Part shown: positions 53,064-64,000 of the stretch, in pieces
Numbering within the stretch: position 1 is the first letter of the stretch
Layout of the letters: each line of letters starts with the position of its first letter
NCBI RefSeq assembly: GCF_006345805.1
Contig: NC_042998.1
Span: 119,164,001 to 119,228,000 of the forward strand
Length of the DNA: 64,000 nucleotides
Origin: Octopus sinensis
Lineage: Eukaryota
Direction of reading: 5' to 3'
The notes under the pieces: generated by a model
What the model saw: the letters and a program-made list of their open reading frames with translations, nothing else
What the model was told of the DNA's origin: nothing
Database searches by the model: none
Position numbers and translations under genes: made by a program

Positions 53064-53470
53064 ATTGATATATATAGAAATATAAATATTTCAAAAATAG
53101 AAATAGAAATATTTCTAAATCTCTCTAAAGGAGATTAATATTAATATTTCTATTTTTGAAAACCAATGGATGTATTCCACTGAATATAGGTAAATAAACC
53201 CTCGGTTCGGCTACTCCACATTGATAAGGGCAAATACGCCGAAACTAGTCTGTGGTTGTTGAACCAGCAAGGGGAAGCTGCTGAACCCCCCCCCCCGTTC
53301 GATGGTTTTAATAGAAACAAGTTTGTGTGTCACATAGCTAGCTAGAGGCGATGGCCTCTTGGAGCTAATCAACGGCATCATTCGTTCTATTTTCCTGGAC
53401 TGCCATGTTAGCTTGGCGATAACTATTAATATCCGGTGCTGCTGCCGTAGTCTCCTTTAGAGAGATTTAG
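53064..53470 (+). mobile_element. Diverged copy of the 363-bp pLTR / retrozyme-like unit of 2236-2919
   Basis: Colinear homology: tggatgtattccac, taggtaaataaa, ggcgatggcctc.tggagctaa, ggcgataactatt, gctgccgt, tttagagaga.ttag. Short inverted terminal piece at its 5' end. Confidence 0.75.
53216..53255 (+). ncRNA. Hammerhead-like motif, U3-A8 core variant
   Basis: CCACA-TTGATAA-GGGC AAATA CGCC-GAAA-CTAG-TC-TGTGG. Stem II is imperfect. Confidence 0.6.
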
Positions 53471-54210
53471 ATATATATATATATATATATAGATATATAT
53501 ATATATATGGGTGTGTGTGATTGTGTATAGAAGAATATATTAATAAAAAGAATTCCAACCTTGTCTGATTTTCACGTTTTATTTACAATCTTATAATGAT
53601 ATATTATAAGATAATATATTATAATTGAAAAAATAAAATGAAATAGTAGAATGTTAAATATTCATTCTGATTGAACTAGTACTTTCATGCATTGAATTCT
53701 GCAATCTTCGGGTTCATGTAGTAGTGTTGACAGTCATGCTTCACAATTTTTGACTGTAGCAAGATGAGTGATTCTGTGCTATAAATACAGCTGGGTAGGC
53801 TCCAGAGTGCTAGGTTTTGCAAACTGTATTCTGACCAATCAGTGTGTAGTATCACTCAATTACTTAAGCTGATTGGTTGGTTGAGCTGATTGGTTTAGGC
53901 ATCACGCTTTGTTGGACAGGTCAAGAGTCCTGTATCTTGACCCTGGCCAAAGCAGCAATTGTTGGGTTATTTTTAGAAATGTTGTAAATATCCTTTGTCA
54001 GAGATTTTTATATTTTTATATTTCAATTGTCATCATCATCATTGTCAGCACCTTAATTATTGTTGCTAGCGGTGATGGTGGTGGCAATAGAACTTTTAAC
54101 CCTAAATAAGATAATTTTCCTGCTATCTTCGTCTTGATCACCTTTAGTATTGTTGTTGTTGTTAGTGGTCATGGTCGTAGCAGTGGAAGTAATACCTCTA
54201 AGTATTATTA

Positions 54211-55350
54211 TTATTGCTTATTTAGTTTGGGTTCGAATTTATCAATAAAATTCTTTTCTCTGATTTTCCTCTCGATTTCACTTGGGCTGTGTAATTTGTA
54301 GAATGGAAATATTATATATATTTTCCGACCACATGTTGCTAGGTGGTTACTCAAAGGTATCTGACGGACCTCTGGGTCTCTAATCTGTTGCCGGTGTACA
54401 CGTGAGCGTTCTAATAGTGCGTTTCCCGTCTGACCTACATATATTTCTTCACAATTTGGGCATTTGATGCAGTAAATTAATTTCTGCTTTTGCAGTTCAT
54501 ATTCGCGTTTGTGAATATTTCCCGGTTTTTGTGTTTATATATTGACCGGTATGTATGAATTGGCATGTGCCACATCGGCTATCATTGCATTTAGATACCG
54601 TGAATGTTTGGTTTGTTGCTGAGGTCAAATTTTGCCTTTGTTAGTAATGTTTTCAAGTTTTTAGGCTGTCTTTTACTAAGCACCATAGCTCGATCCTTGA
54701 TTATGTCTTTTAATTCATTACTTTGGGCAATGATTGGAAGGTTTGCTTTGGCAATGTTGAAGATATCTGGTGACATGGGTGTGTGTCACTATGAATGGTA
54801 TGACTTGTTCTTGTTTCCTCTTCCTTGGGTTGTCCTAAGTTGTTGTATAGGTATTTTTATAGCCCGCTGTATGCCATTTTCTATAAGTAGAGATGGGTAT
54901 TTTGTTTGAGCAAAAATTCTCTTAGTTCTATTAGGCGTTTGTTCCTGATATTGCATCTTCTACAATAGTACAAATTCTTCTGGCTAGGCAGTATGGGATG
55001 TTACGTTTTGTATGTGGTGGATGGCACGACTTAAAATTTAGGTATTGATGTGTGTCTGTGTGTTTATAGTATATATCTGTGGTGATGGTGGTGTCTTTTT
55101 AATTACCATTATATCCAGGAATGGTAATTTGGTACTACTCATCTCCTTTGTAAATTGAGAGATGGGTGTAGGTTGTTCAGGAGGATATTGAACTCTTCCA
55201 GAGTATTTAGAGATTCTGTCCAGATTATGAAACAGTCGTCTAGGTATCTCTTCCATGCCTTTTCAATATACTTTCTAAATCCAGTGCCATAGTTTACCTC
55301 CACCTCTTGGTAGAGTTGTTCTTCTAAGTATCCCATTACAGAGTTATACA
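54211..55350 (-). mobile_element. 5'-truncated decayed Penelope-like element (RT C-terminal half + GIY-YIG)
   Basis: MGYLEEQL...WKRYLDDCFIIW; LPFLDIMV; SCHPPHTKRNIPYCLARRICTIV; KRQPKNLKTLL; LIYCIKCPNCEEIYVGQTG; HRQQIRDP. Same family as 13808-15998. Confidence 0.92.
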
Positions 55351-55564
55351 CATGTATATACACATGTATGTATGTATTTATCTGTGTAGAACCATCACTA
55401 CGATCATTTTCTCTTCATCTCACACCAAAAACCATACCCTTCTACACAAACGAACTTTTAAGCCAAACATATACCACAGTAAACACTTTTCCACAATAAA
55501 ATCTACTTCACACGCTAATTTATTTTTTTTCTACCTTAGATTCAACGCCTGAAATTGTGTAGGA

Positions 55565-55730
55565 GGACTAGTCGATTGCATCTGACTGGCACTTTATTTT
55601 ATCATACTCCGAGAGGATAAAAGGCATAGCTGGCCTCGGTGGAATTTAAACACAGAATGTGATGCCGAAAGAAATGTCGTTAAGCAATTTACTCGTCGTC
55701 CAAATGATTCTGCTGGCTCACCACCTTTCA
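55565..55730 (-). mobile_element. SINE family B, degenerate
   Basis: gcctcggtggaatttaaacacagaatgt...attctgctggctcaccacctt. Confidence 0.65.
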
Positions 55731-56289
55731 CGCACTAAATAATAAATACAGGCAAAATTACTTAAGTGAAAATTTATTTCCAGCCACACCTTTAATTCCA
55801 CTTCTCATAAATAAAGTCTTATGTCTTTCCTGTTGATAAAACCACACTCATTTAGATCTGTATATTTTATTACCAAATAACTCTGTTGTTTATACTAACG
55901 TATCTACGTGTGAATATTCATTCATATATATCATGTACATTAATAGATAAAGAAAATCCTAACCAATAAAAATAGGAATAAACCCTCTCAAGAAACTAAT
56001 TTAATATACTTTAGAGGATGAAATTCAGCAACAAATCTTGCTTTTTAGTCAATTGGTAAAAACAATGGGTGTGCTTTGAAAGTTTTCTATCTCATCTACG
56101 AAGCATACAGACGTCGTCGTTGATTGCTGGCTCAGATAACAAACTCCTCCCGCGCACTTTAAAGAAGTGTAACTTATAGTTTATATGTATTCAAATATTG
56201 TGTGTGTGTGCGCGCGCGCACGTATGTGTGTGTGTGTGTGTGTAATCTAAAACTTCCTGGAGATTTTCTCTCGACTCTATGTGCTGCAT

Positions 56290-56321
<32 letters not shown>

Positions 56322-56879
56322 CTATATATATATAGGTGAGTTCAATTAGAGGTTATAAAACTGTCTAAGGAATATTTGACCCCAATGAATTACTGGTGTA
56401 TTACCTATATGTGATTATGAGTATTAATATTAATGCTCATAAATGATAGGTAAGGAATGGAATAAACCGAAGTTTAAGGAAAAGATAGGTTTTCAGAGGG
56501 ATAGCATGCAACATCAATTAATATATAATTTTTTTTTGTCTTTCTTTTCTTTTTCTGTATTTTTCCGTTCTGATGAAGTTCCACTACTTAAGTTGAAATA
56601 TTTTATTTACTGTGATAAGTATTATTATTATTGTAATAATTAGGCCTGAATATGCCCAAAATAGTATGAACAGAAACAACTATTAAATGAGATATTGTCT
56701 TTTTTCTGTAATCAATAAATAATAATTGATGTATCTCAATTACCAATTATATCTCCATTTTCGTATTTTCCTTATATATATATATATATGCATACATACA
56801 TACATACATACATACATACATACATACATACATACATACATACATACATACATACATACATAAATACATCATGGACTCT

Positions 56880-58340
56880 CCCGTCGTTAGACGACGCATG
56901 AGGGTTCGTCAGTTTGTTGCCGAACCGACGTGTGTTTTTTCTTCTAGTAAGTTTTGCTAATTGCTTTTCTAAATTATGTCCTATTGCGAAATTTTATGTT
57001 TCTCGCATCTAAACTGGCCAAGCAGGGGAAGTATCGAACTCAGGAATTCCCCCTTTATGGAGCGAATTGCACTTTTTCTACTTTTTCTTGTGTAACTTGT
57101 TTACACTTTTTTTTAAATTATGGCTTCCTGCCAAAGCAAAGTCAATTACCGAAGAATAGGATAACCTGCTCGACGATTTGTACCTCGAAATGTTCCCAGC
57201 ACTTCGCTGTCCCGAACAAGAGGAGATGAACAACACAATTGACCAGGAAAATAAGACAAATGCCGCCAAGGACAGCCTAATTTGCAACAACAACGTTCAA
57301 GAAAATGTAAAGACCAAACGAAACCAAACCAACTATCAACTATGAGACCATAAAAATAAACTCGACTGACCTGGACAAATATAAAAGCTTCTCAAAACAT
57401 AAGGAAAACAACGTAAACCTAATTCCGTCCGGTGATTTAATGCAACAAACTCAAAAATAATCGAGCATATACTTAAAGAAAACATTGAAAAATGCCTACA
57501 GTCTATTTGGGGGCAATACAACATACGTGGCAAGAGGGAAAAAATACAGCACTGTGGAGGTAAGGTTCGATTCCGAAGAAGAAACAAAGGAACAATTCCC
57601 AGTTCCTTAGAAGACCAATGAATTGGTGCGGCCCACTGATATGGATAGACGCACGTCTAAAACAAAAATTGGGGAAGTCCCACCAGAAATTGACGTGGCG
57701 TGGCACGTGGCAACCATTAAGCTCGATTTGGAAATTAGCATTTCAATACTGCAGGTCACGAAACTCCACCAACAAAACTAGTAAGGCCAAGGCCTGGAAA
57801 TTATAATCCAAGACACCCAACAGGATATCCAACAGGATCACCCAACAGGATCTTAGATTTAATCAAGTTATCAGATGACACAACCCTACGAGTCATGGTA
57901 GCGGGATGAAGACCCAGATGTTATATATGTATGGTCAAAAGGGCTACATCAGAAGCTCCTGCCCGTCGGATACCGCAGCAACGGGCCACCCTCCACCAGA
58001 TGAGCCATCAGAGCACCAGGCCGAAGCAAATAACACTAAAACCAATCGAATACCACCAACAGGCCCGCCCGGGACACCAAGACTAGTAATGCTCACAAGG
58101 TTACTGCTAACAACAAAAACACCACACCAACCAGCACCAACATCACCACAGAAAGTCAAAACGACTCCAAACAGACCAGGAATGGAAAGAAGTTGCAAAA
58201 AAATAAGGAAAAGAAAAAACACTTTCCCGACCTCCCGCCGCCCCACAGACACACACCATCCTACAAGCACACAACCCACACACACACACACCTACACTTC
58301 ATACTCCCGAATCTGTCATAAACATCACAGCAATTGACAC
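56880..58340 (+). mobile_element. 5' UTR and decayed ORF1 (gag-like, CCHC knuckle) of an L1/Tx1-like LINE
   Basis: Frameshifted KYSTVEVRFDSEE, IG.VPPEIDVAW, RVMVAG*RPRCYIC/GQKGYIRSSCP (CX2CX4[H>Y]X4C, about 57919-57964), followed by a P/T-rich tail. Confidence 0.65.
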
Positions 58341-58469
58341 CAAGAATACACACTTAATAGAACACACGAACGAATTTCCTCGCATCACACATTTCAACGC
58401 ACCCACCTCACACACAAATTCCTGAACACATAAAATTAATGAAAATTGACAGTCATTCATATATCAGAT

Positions 58470-58675
58470 TAAAAGAACAATTCCCTAATGAGTTCTATAT
58501 TTAAGAGATAAGGAATTATGTACATTATTTACATTATTTACATTTGACGGATATTTGTCCTCATCCTGTTTGTTGTTAACACAACGTTTCGTCTGATATA
58601 CCCTCCAGCCTTCATCAGGTGTCTTGGGGAAATTTCGAACCTAGGTTCTTATTCCTAAGGTATTTCTCGATGTTA
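58470..58675 (-). mobile_element. PLE pLTR-like unit with hammerhead motif
   Basis: Contains the motif at 58578-58623 and abuts a (TTA)n tract. Confidence 0.6.
58578..58623 (-). ncRNA. Minimal type I hammerhead ribozyme motif (loopless stem III)
   Basis: GACAC-CTGATGA-A-GGCTG GAGGGTATAT CAGAC-GAAA-CG-TT-GTGTT. One mismatch in stem II. Confidence 0.7.
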
Positions 58676-58690
58676 TTATTATTATTATTA

Positions 58691-58742
<52 letters not shown>

Positions 58743-58745
<3 letters not shown>

Positions 58746-58945
58746 TAGTTTTATTTTTATAGCGTGCTTTCACTTCACTACCGAGCGCAGCTCTGTGTGC
58801 CTTGGGTATGTGCTGTGATTTGTTGTGATGCTCTGATGGTTATTGTATGGAAAGTGTTCTGCGTAGGATGTGTGCAGTGCCTAGTAGTGCAATTTTCTGT
58901 ATGTTATATGTGTTTGTAAGTCCTGGTGTTTTTGTTATGTATTTA
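58743..58945 (-). mobile_element. Short 3' fragment of an R4/Dong-type LINE embedded in (TAA)n
   Basis: KYITKTPGLTNTYNIQKIALLGTAHILRRTLSIQ* followed by a 3' UTR, flanked by TAA and CTA tracts. Confidence 0.8.
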
Positions 58946-58982
58946 TTATTATTATTATTATTATCATTATTATTATTATTAT

Positions 58983-59034
<52 letters not shown>

Positions 59035-59035
<1 letters not shown>

Positions 59036-59935
59036 TGGGTGCTTGGCAAGTAGAGTGCCGTCAGGCTCTCTCGCTTCTCTGCCGAACTGGCAATGCGAGC
59101 AGCAGCGGCTCCATCTCGTCTTTTTATAAAGAGTTAGTGGCTTTTAAGTGCAATGATGCTTTGGGGGAAGCTCTGGGCTTCGATGGCGGTCAACCCACCA
59201 GTCTGTTCCGGAGGACTTTTGGGCAGGGGCCCATGGATAACTACTAGAAATCCCTGGCCTGGCAGTGCTACCGAAGAGCGCTGCCTGTTCGCTAAAACTC
59301 TTCAGGCACAGATGTGTAGACATGTCCAAGATGCGAAGAAAGCAACGAAACTGTTCTGTACGCTATTGTACAGTGTCCGTTGATTTCAGATCTTTGTGTT
59401 TACGAGGAACATCTGCTGTCGCGTCTAGGAGGAGTACAGTTTTCCTTTGCCGGGAAAGTCAGGCAACTTTCCTATGCTTGGTAGCTATAACGAAAGAGGT
59501 CGTATGACTGACGAGAGTGAAAGGAATAAAGACGAGCAACTTTCTCTCTGGCCACGGTTTAATCAAATATTTCTCTTACCACATAAAAAGAAAAATAAGG
59601 CTAGAGAGAGATTTGCTACCGTCGCGTGTATTCAGGACTAGACAGATGCAAGTGGCACGATCGTTGAGTATGTGAGTATGAATGTGGCCAACTTGAACGT
59701 AATACCTTAGTCTCCCGTGTGACAGCAGTGATGGGCCGTGGCTTGTGGGATCTCCATGCCCAACATTTCACCTTGTTATATATAATTTTTATATTTTTGT
59801 TAATTCTATTCATATTGTTATTCCATCCGCACATTCCACCCTGTTATAAACCCCTATTTGTTCTTGTCTGTCCTGTTTCATCCATTTATATCTAGCCCAT
59901 TGTGGTGAATAAAAAATTGAATTTCTTGCCGAACA
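59035..59935 (+). mobile_element. 3' end of ORF2 and 3' UTR of an L1/Tx1-like LINE
   Basis: KSLAWQCYRRALPVR...TCPRCEESNETVLYAIVQCP (CCHC-like, about 59320-59379), FLCLVAITKEVV; ends in an AATAAAAAA tail. Confidence 0.7.
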
Positions 59936-59979
59936 ACCACACAGATGATTTGTTTATAGTGATCAAATGTCTGTGTACA

Positions 59980-60181
59980 CATAAGCTCATTCCCTCCATC
60001 AAATCGACATTACCTGTACAGGTGCACCGTGTTCCACATGTCAGATGACGAAATGATCACAGAGCAACGTGAAATGAAGTGCTTTGCTCAAGAACACAAC
60101 GAAACACCCGGTCTAGGAATCGAACTCACGATCTCGGAATCGTAAGTACAACACCCTAACCACTAAGATATGTGCATTCAC
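59980..60181 (-). mobile_element. tRNA-derived SINE family D
   Basis: gagcaacgtgaaatgaagtgctttgctcaagaacacaac...ggaatcgaactc...ccctaaccactaag. Confidence 0.78.
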
Positions 60182-60266
60182 AAATATGTATGTATGTATG
60201 TATGCATGTATGTATGTATGTATGTATGTATGTATGTATGTACGTATGTATGTATGTATGTATGTA

Positions 60267-60442
60267 TCAGGTCATCCCAATAAGTTCTGTCCGATTTTAC
60301 CTTTTTTTAAATTGAATGATATTTAATAGTATTTTGGAATGTCTAATGGAATTTTAAAATATTTTTATACATTTGTGTACATTTAAACTAATTAAATTTT
60401 ATTTTACAGAATAATAGAATAAAAATTTTATGGGACGACCAA
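60267..60442. mobile_element. Tc1/mariner-type MITE
   Basis: Left end TA|TCAGGTCATCCCAATAAG; right end TTATGGGACGACC (reverse complement GGTCGTCCCATAA); AT-rich interior. Confidence 0.6.
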
Positions 60443-60730
60443 AACCTTGTGGGTGAATTTGGTAATCGGAAACTGAAAGAAGCCCGTCGTGTGTGTGTGT
60501 TGTGTGTGTGTGTGTGTGTGTGTGTTTGTGTTTGTGTTTGTCCCCCCCCCCACCATCGCTTGACAACCGATGTTGGTGTGTTTATGCCTGCGAAACGTAG
60601 CGTTTCAGCAAAACTGACCGATAGAATAAGTACTTGGCTTACAAAGAATAAGTCCTGTGGGTCGATTTCTTCGACTAAAAGCAGTGCTCTAGCATGGCCG
60701 CAGTCAAATGACTGAAACGTATAAAAGAGT
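60440..60730 (+). mobile_element. SINE family A, 5'-truncated
   Basis: ccaaaaccttgtg...gaaactgaaagaagcccgtcg...gcatggccgcagtcaaatgactgaaac. Confidence 0.88.
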
Positions 60731-60735
60731 ATCTA

Positions 60736-60783
<48 letters not shown>

Positions 60784-61784
60784 GTACCTGGAAATATATT
60801 GCATCAGCTAGGGGGCTGTTGCGGAAGAATCTGTTTGCTATTGGTGTTTGAGTTTGAAACCATGTATTTCCAAACAAGTGGCGCATACGCTGAGTTAAAA
60901 CATGCTGATAAATACATAAAGGATGTGAACAATCTTCCTGAGAAGGGCACAACACAGTCTCTGTCGTGTGACTAGTGTCTTCTCAAAGGCAGGCCTACTG
61001 AGCTACACGTGTGGTCACGGAGATAATCCTGTCTATCAGTGTGATGCGCAGCATGTTCCCTCGTGCACCCTGTGTAGCAGATTGAGTCAGCTAGTGGACT
61101 CACTCAGCATTGTAGTTTCCAACACCCAAATGGTCTTGCTGTTGCTGTGGGAGTGCTGACTTCTGATGGGTCTGGAATGACTTATAGGTCTGTTGCAGGT
61201 CCATAGGAGCAATATGAGTCATCTTCAGCGGTGAAGAGACCAAATCTGAGGCATTTCATAGAGTGGCATGGGTCCAGGAAGTAGTCTTACTCGGTCACGA
61301 GTTAACTTCGACTATATATGTACGCATAGCCATCATTCACAAGCAATTATGATCTGATACCACGTTAATTATTTTAGGCGTTTGAGTTGTCTCAAGCAGA
61401 CACAGATGCCCTCTCGTCAACCTACATCCCCAGATTTTCATACACGTTTCGACTTAGCTCATTTCCCATTTTGCTTTTGATAAGAGGTTTTTTTTATGGC
61501 CGAAATATTGAAGTGTAAGTCAAAACTGTAAATTGTTTTTGTTTTATTTTTGTTTTTTACTGTTGTATGTTCAACTTGCATTATAGTGATTTTAATTCTA
61601 TTTCACATTGCTTCTTATAAACTATACTATTTTAATATATGTAGAGAGAGAGCGTCAGAGAGAGACAGGTAGATATGTATATGGGTGTCATGTGTGTGTG
61701 TGTGTATGTGTGCTTGTACTTGTGTGTGTATGTACACATATAAATATGTTTATAAGTAAGCATATGTGTGTGTGTGTGTGTTGT

Positions 61785-61826
<42 letters not shown>

Positions 61827-62467
61827 GACAAAGAGAGACAGACTGAGAGGCTTTGTGTACGACTTCATTTCACGCTTCATTATATTATAGCAATAACAAA
61901 CACCAATGTTATTCTGAAATAAAAATGTCAAAAAAATAACAACAATATAATAGTATAAATTGCTTGAAGATTTTAATAGAAAAATCACGGGTAAATTTCA
62001 TATGAAGTGGCACTATCAGTTGCAAACAATTGCTTGCTGTAGTTCGTGTGCTTGTAAGAGGTGTAGTGTAGTGTGTGTGTGCGCGCGCGCAGGTGCGTGT
62101 GTTGTTTTGTAATATGGTATATGAGCTTGTGTCTTTGTGAGAAGTATGGAGTGGTGCGATGTTATATGTGTGCCGTGTGAGTGGGGTGGAGTGTAATATA
62201 CTGTGTTCGTGTTGTAATACAGTCTTGTGTCTGTGTCTATGAGTGTGCAACGTGTGTTTATGCATGGTGTATGATACATGTGGTGTGGTGAGTATATTGT
62301 GTGGTGGTATATGTCTGTAGTTGTATTTATGTGATGTGTGGTTTGTCGTGTGGGTACTCTTGCGTGTACGTGGTACGTGTGTGTTGTTTCCCTGCATACA
62401 TGCGTGCATATCTGTGGGTATTTGTCTGTTTGTGCTGTATGTGTTTTTGTCTGTAGTATTCTCCACG

Positions 62468-62490
62468 TGTGTATATATATATATTATATA

Positions 62491-62556
<66 letters not shown>

Positions 62557-62698
62557 CATATATACATGTATATATATATATGTATGTATATATGTATGTA
62601 TATATGTATGTATGTACATTTGTGTATGTGTAAATATATATATATACATATATACATGTATATATATATATATATGTATGCATATATTAGTATATATT

Positions 62699-62759
<61 letters not shown>

Positions 62760-62830
62760 TATAATATATATGTATATATATATAGTATATATTAGTATAT
62801 ATTAGTATATATATATATATATATATATTA
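62468..62830. repeat. (TA)n-rich microsatellite block
   Basis: Seen directly. Confidence 0.95.
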
Positions 62831-63916
62831 TATACATACATATATGTATTCAAAGTGCGTGTCTATATGTATTTGTGTGTATCTACGTAAGTGCTTGTGA
62901 GTGTGTGGTGGTGAAATATCTTCCTCATTCTCTCTCCTTATATTTCAGTTTCTTTAATTCCACTTCAAAACTTTTATTCTGTTGAACGATACAAAGAACG
63001 TTTTGACGGAATCTGTCATATTGATTTCGTTTGTACTTTTTTTTTGCATTGTGTATATATGTGTATATGTATGTGTGCGTGTGAGCTAGGTGTGTTTGAG
63101 AAAATATATATGTATTTATGTGTATCTGTATACATACATAAGCACACACATACACACACACACAATCATACATATATATAAATATATAAATATACACACA
63201 CACAGATTCTAGAAACGCTGGTAGTATTTTGCGTGGACTAAAAGTAGAGTTTAAAATTCTTTAAGTTTTCTGCCTTTCGAAGAAGTCTGACGTTTCAGAC
63301 AAAGTTCTTCTGCATGTAATGAAAGCAGTTTTACTCCGTTATGATTTCGTAAGAAATTAGATGCAGCGGAGATTAGAAGGAGATAGCAAATAGCAATAAT
63401 TGTATGCGTGTGACGTACGTAATCGGAGAGAGAAAAGGTGTACGGAAACAATTTTAGTGAGTGTGAGTAGAGAGAGAATATAAGCGATAACGGAAGGGTA
63501 TAAAAAAGTTGAAATTGCCAGTTTAAGACAAATATGAATGTCTCTTTCCGCTACCTCAAGGAGAGTCTTCTCAGCATTATTATTCACACATATCAACGTC
63601 TGCTATCCAAACAGCATAATCTTGACCAGACATACGTTTTGACCACCATGCTTTATCAGAAATACTGTTAACGAATTTCATACTGAGATCACTGATTTCC
63701 TTAACAAAATAATATCTCGTTTGTCTTAACCAGCTCGTTTCTTCTTACTCTATTCTTCCTCTTCCTTACTACTCATATTCCCTCATTACTTTATCTTCAT
63801 CCAAATTCTCTTCCTTGATAATTCTCTCTCTAAGACCACTTCACTGCTATGCATTTGCAACTGCATGACTAAGATGGTCTGATGGGGAAAACTCGAAGAA
63901 ATATGTTTCTGATTTG

Positions 63917-63943
63917 CTGAAGAAGGATTTTGTCCGAAACGTC
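63917..63943 (+). ncRNA. Minimal hammerhead ribozyme core in a pLTR-like context
   Basis: CTGAAGA-A-GGAT TTT GTCC-GAAA-CG-TC. Stem I pairing is poor. Confidence 0.55.
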
Positions 63944-64000
63944 TATTTTAAGTAGAAAGTTATTAGATTTACAAGAGACCTATTTAAACCTTTGACAATG

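Noticed and set aside
53585-53660. Possible hammerhead in the pLTR of the 54-kb Penelope (minus strand; TTTTCA/TGAAAA and ATCTTATAAT/ATTATAAGAT pairings)
   Set aside because: Core nucleotides are not recognisable, and such pairing is expected by chance in about 85% AT sequence.

Overview
This is an AT-rich, repeat-saturated eukaryotic window. The (TA)n/(CA)n/(GATA)n density and the tRNA-derived SINE families suggest an Octopus (cephalopod) genome; this is inferred from repeat content, not from a database match. I found no host protein-coding exon, and nearly all ORFs in the supplied track are microsatellite translations. Recognisable content is transposon-derived: a near full-length decayed R4/Dong-type RLE LINE (3.7-7.1 kb, minus) plus two fragments, two decayed Penelope-like elements (PLEs) with RT and GIY-YIG domains (13.8-16.0 kb plus; 54.2-55.35 kb minus), a PLE endonuclease end inside a 4.6-kb nested fold-back with 1.6-kb near-identical arms (41.26-45.88 kb), fragments of CRE-, HERO/NeSL-, CR1- and L1/Tx1-like LINEs, Tc1 and hAT transposase relics, MITEs, and about 20 SINE copies from four families. 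The most notable signal is about 13 type-I hammerhead-ribozyme-like motifs in PLE pseudo-LTR or retrozyme-like units. Four of these motifs (three independent insertions) have the core UUGANAA instead of CUGANGA, a compensatory U3-A8 swap of the C3-G8 tertiary pair, and two diverged copies show stem covariation. All ribozyme calls are manual folds and none has been tested.
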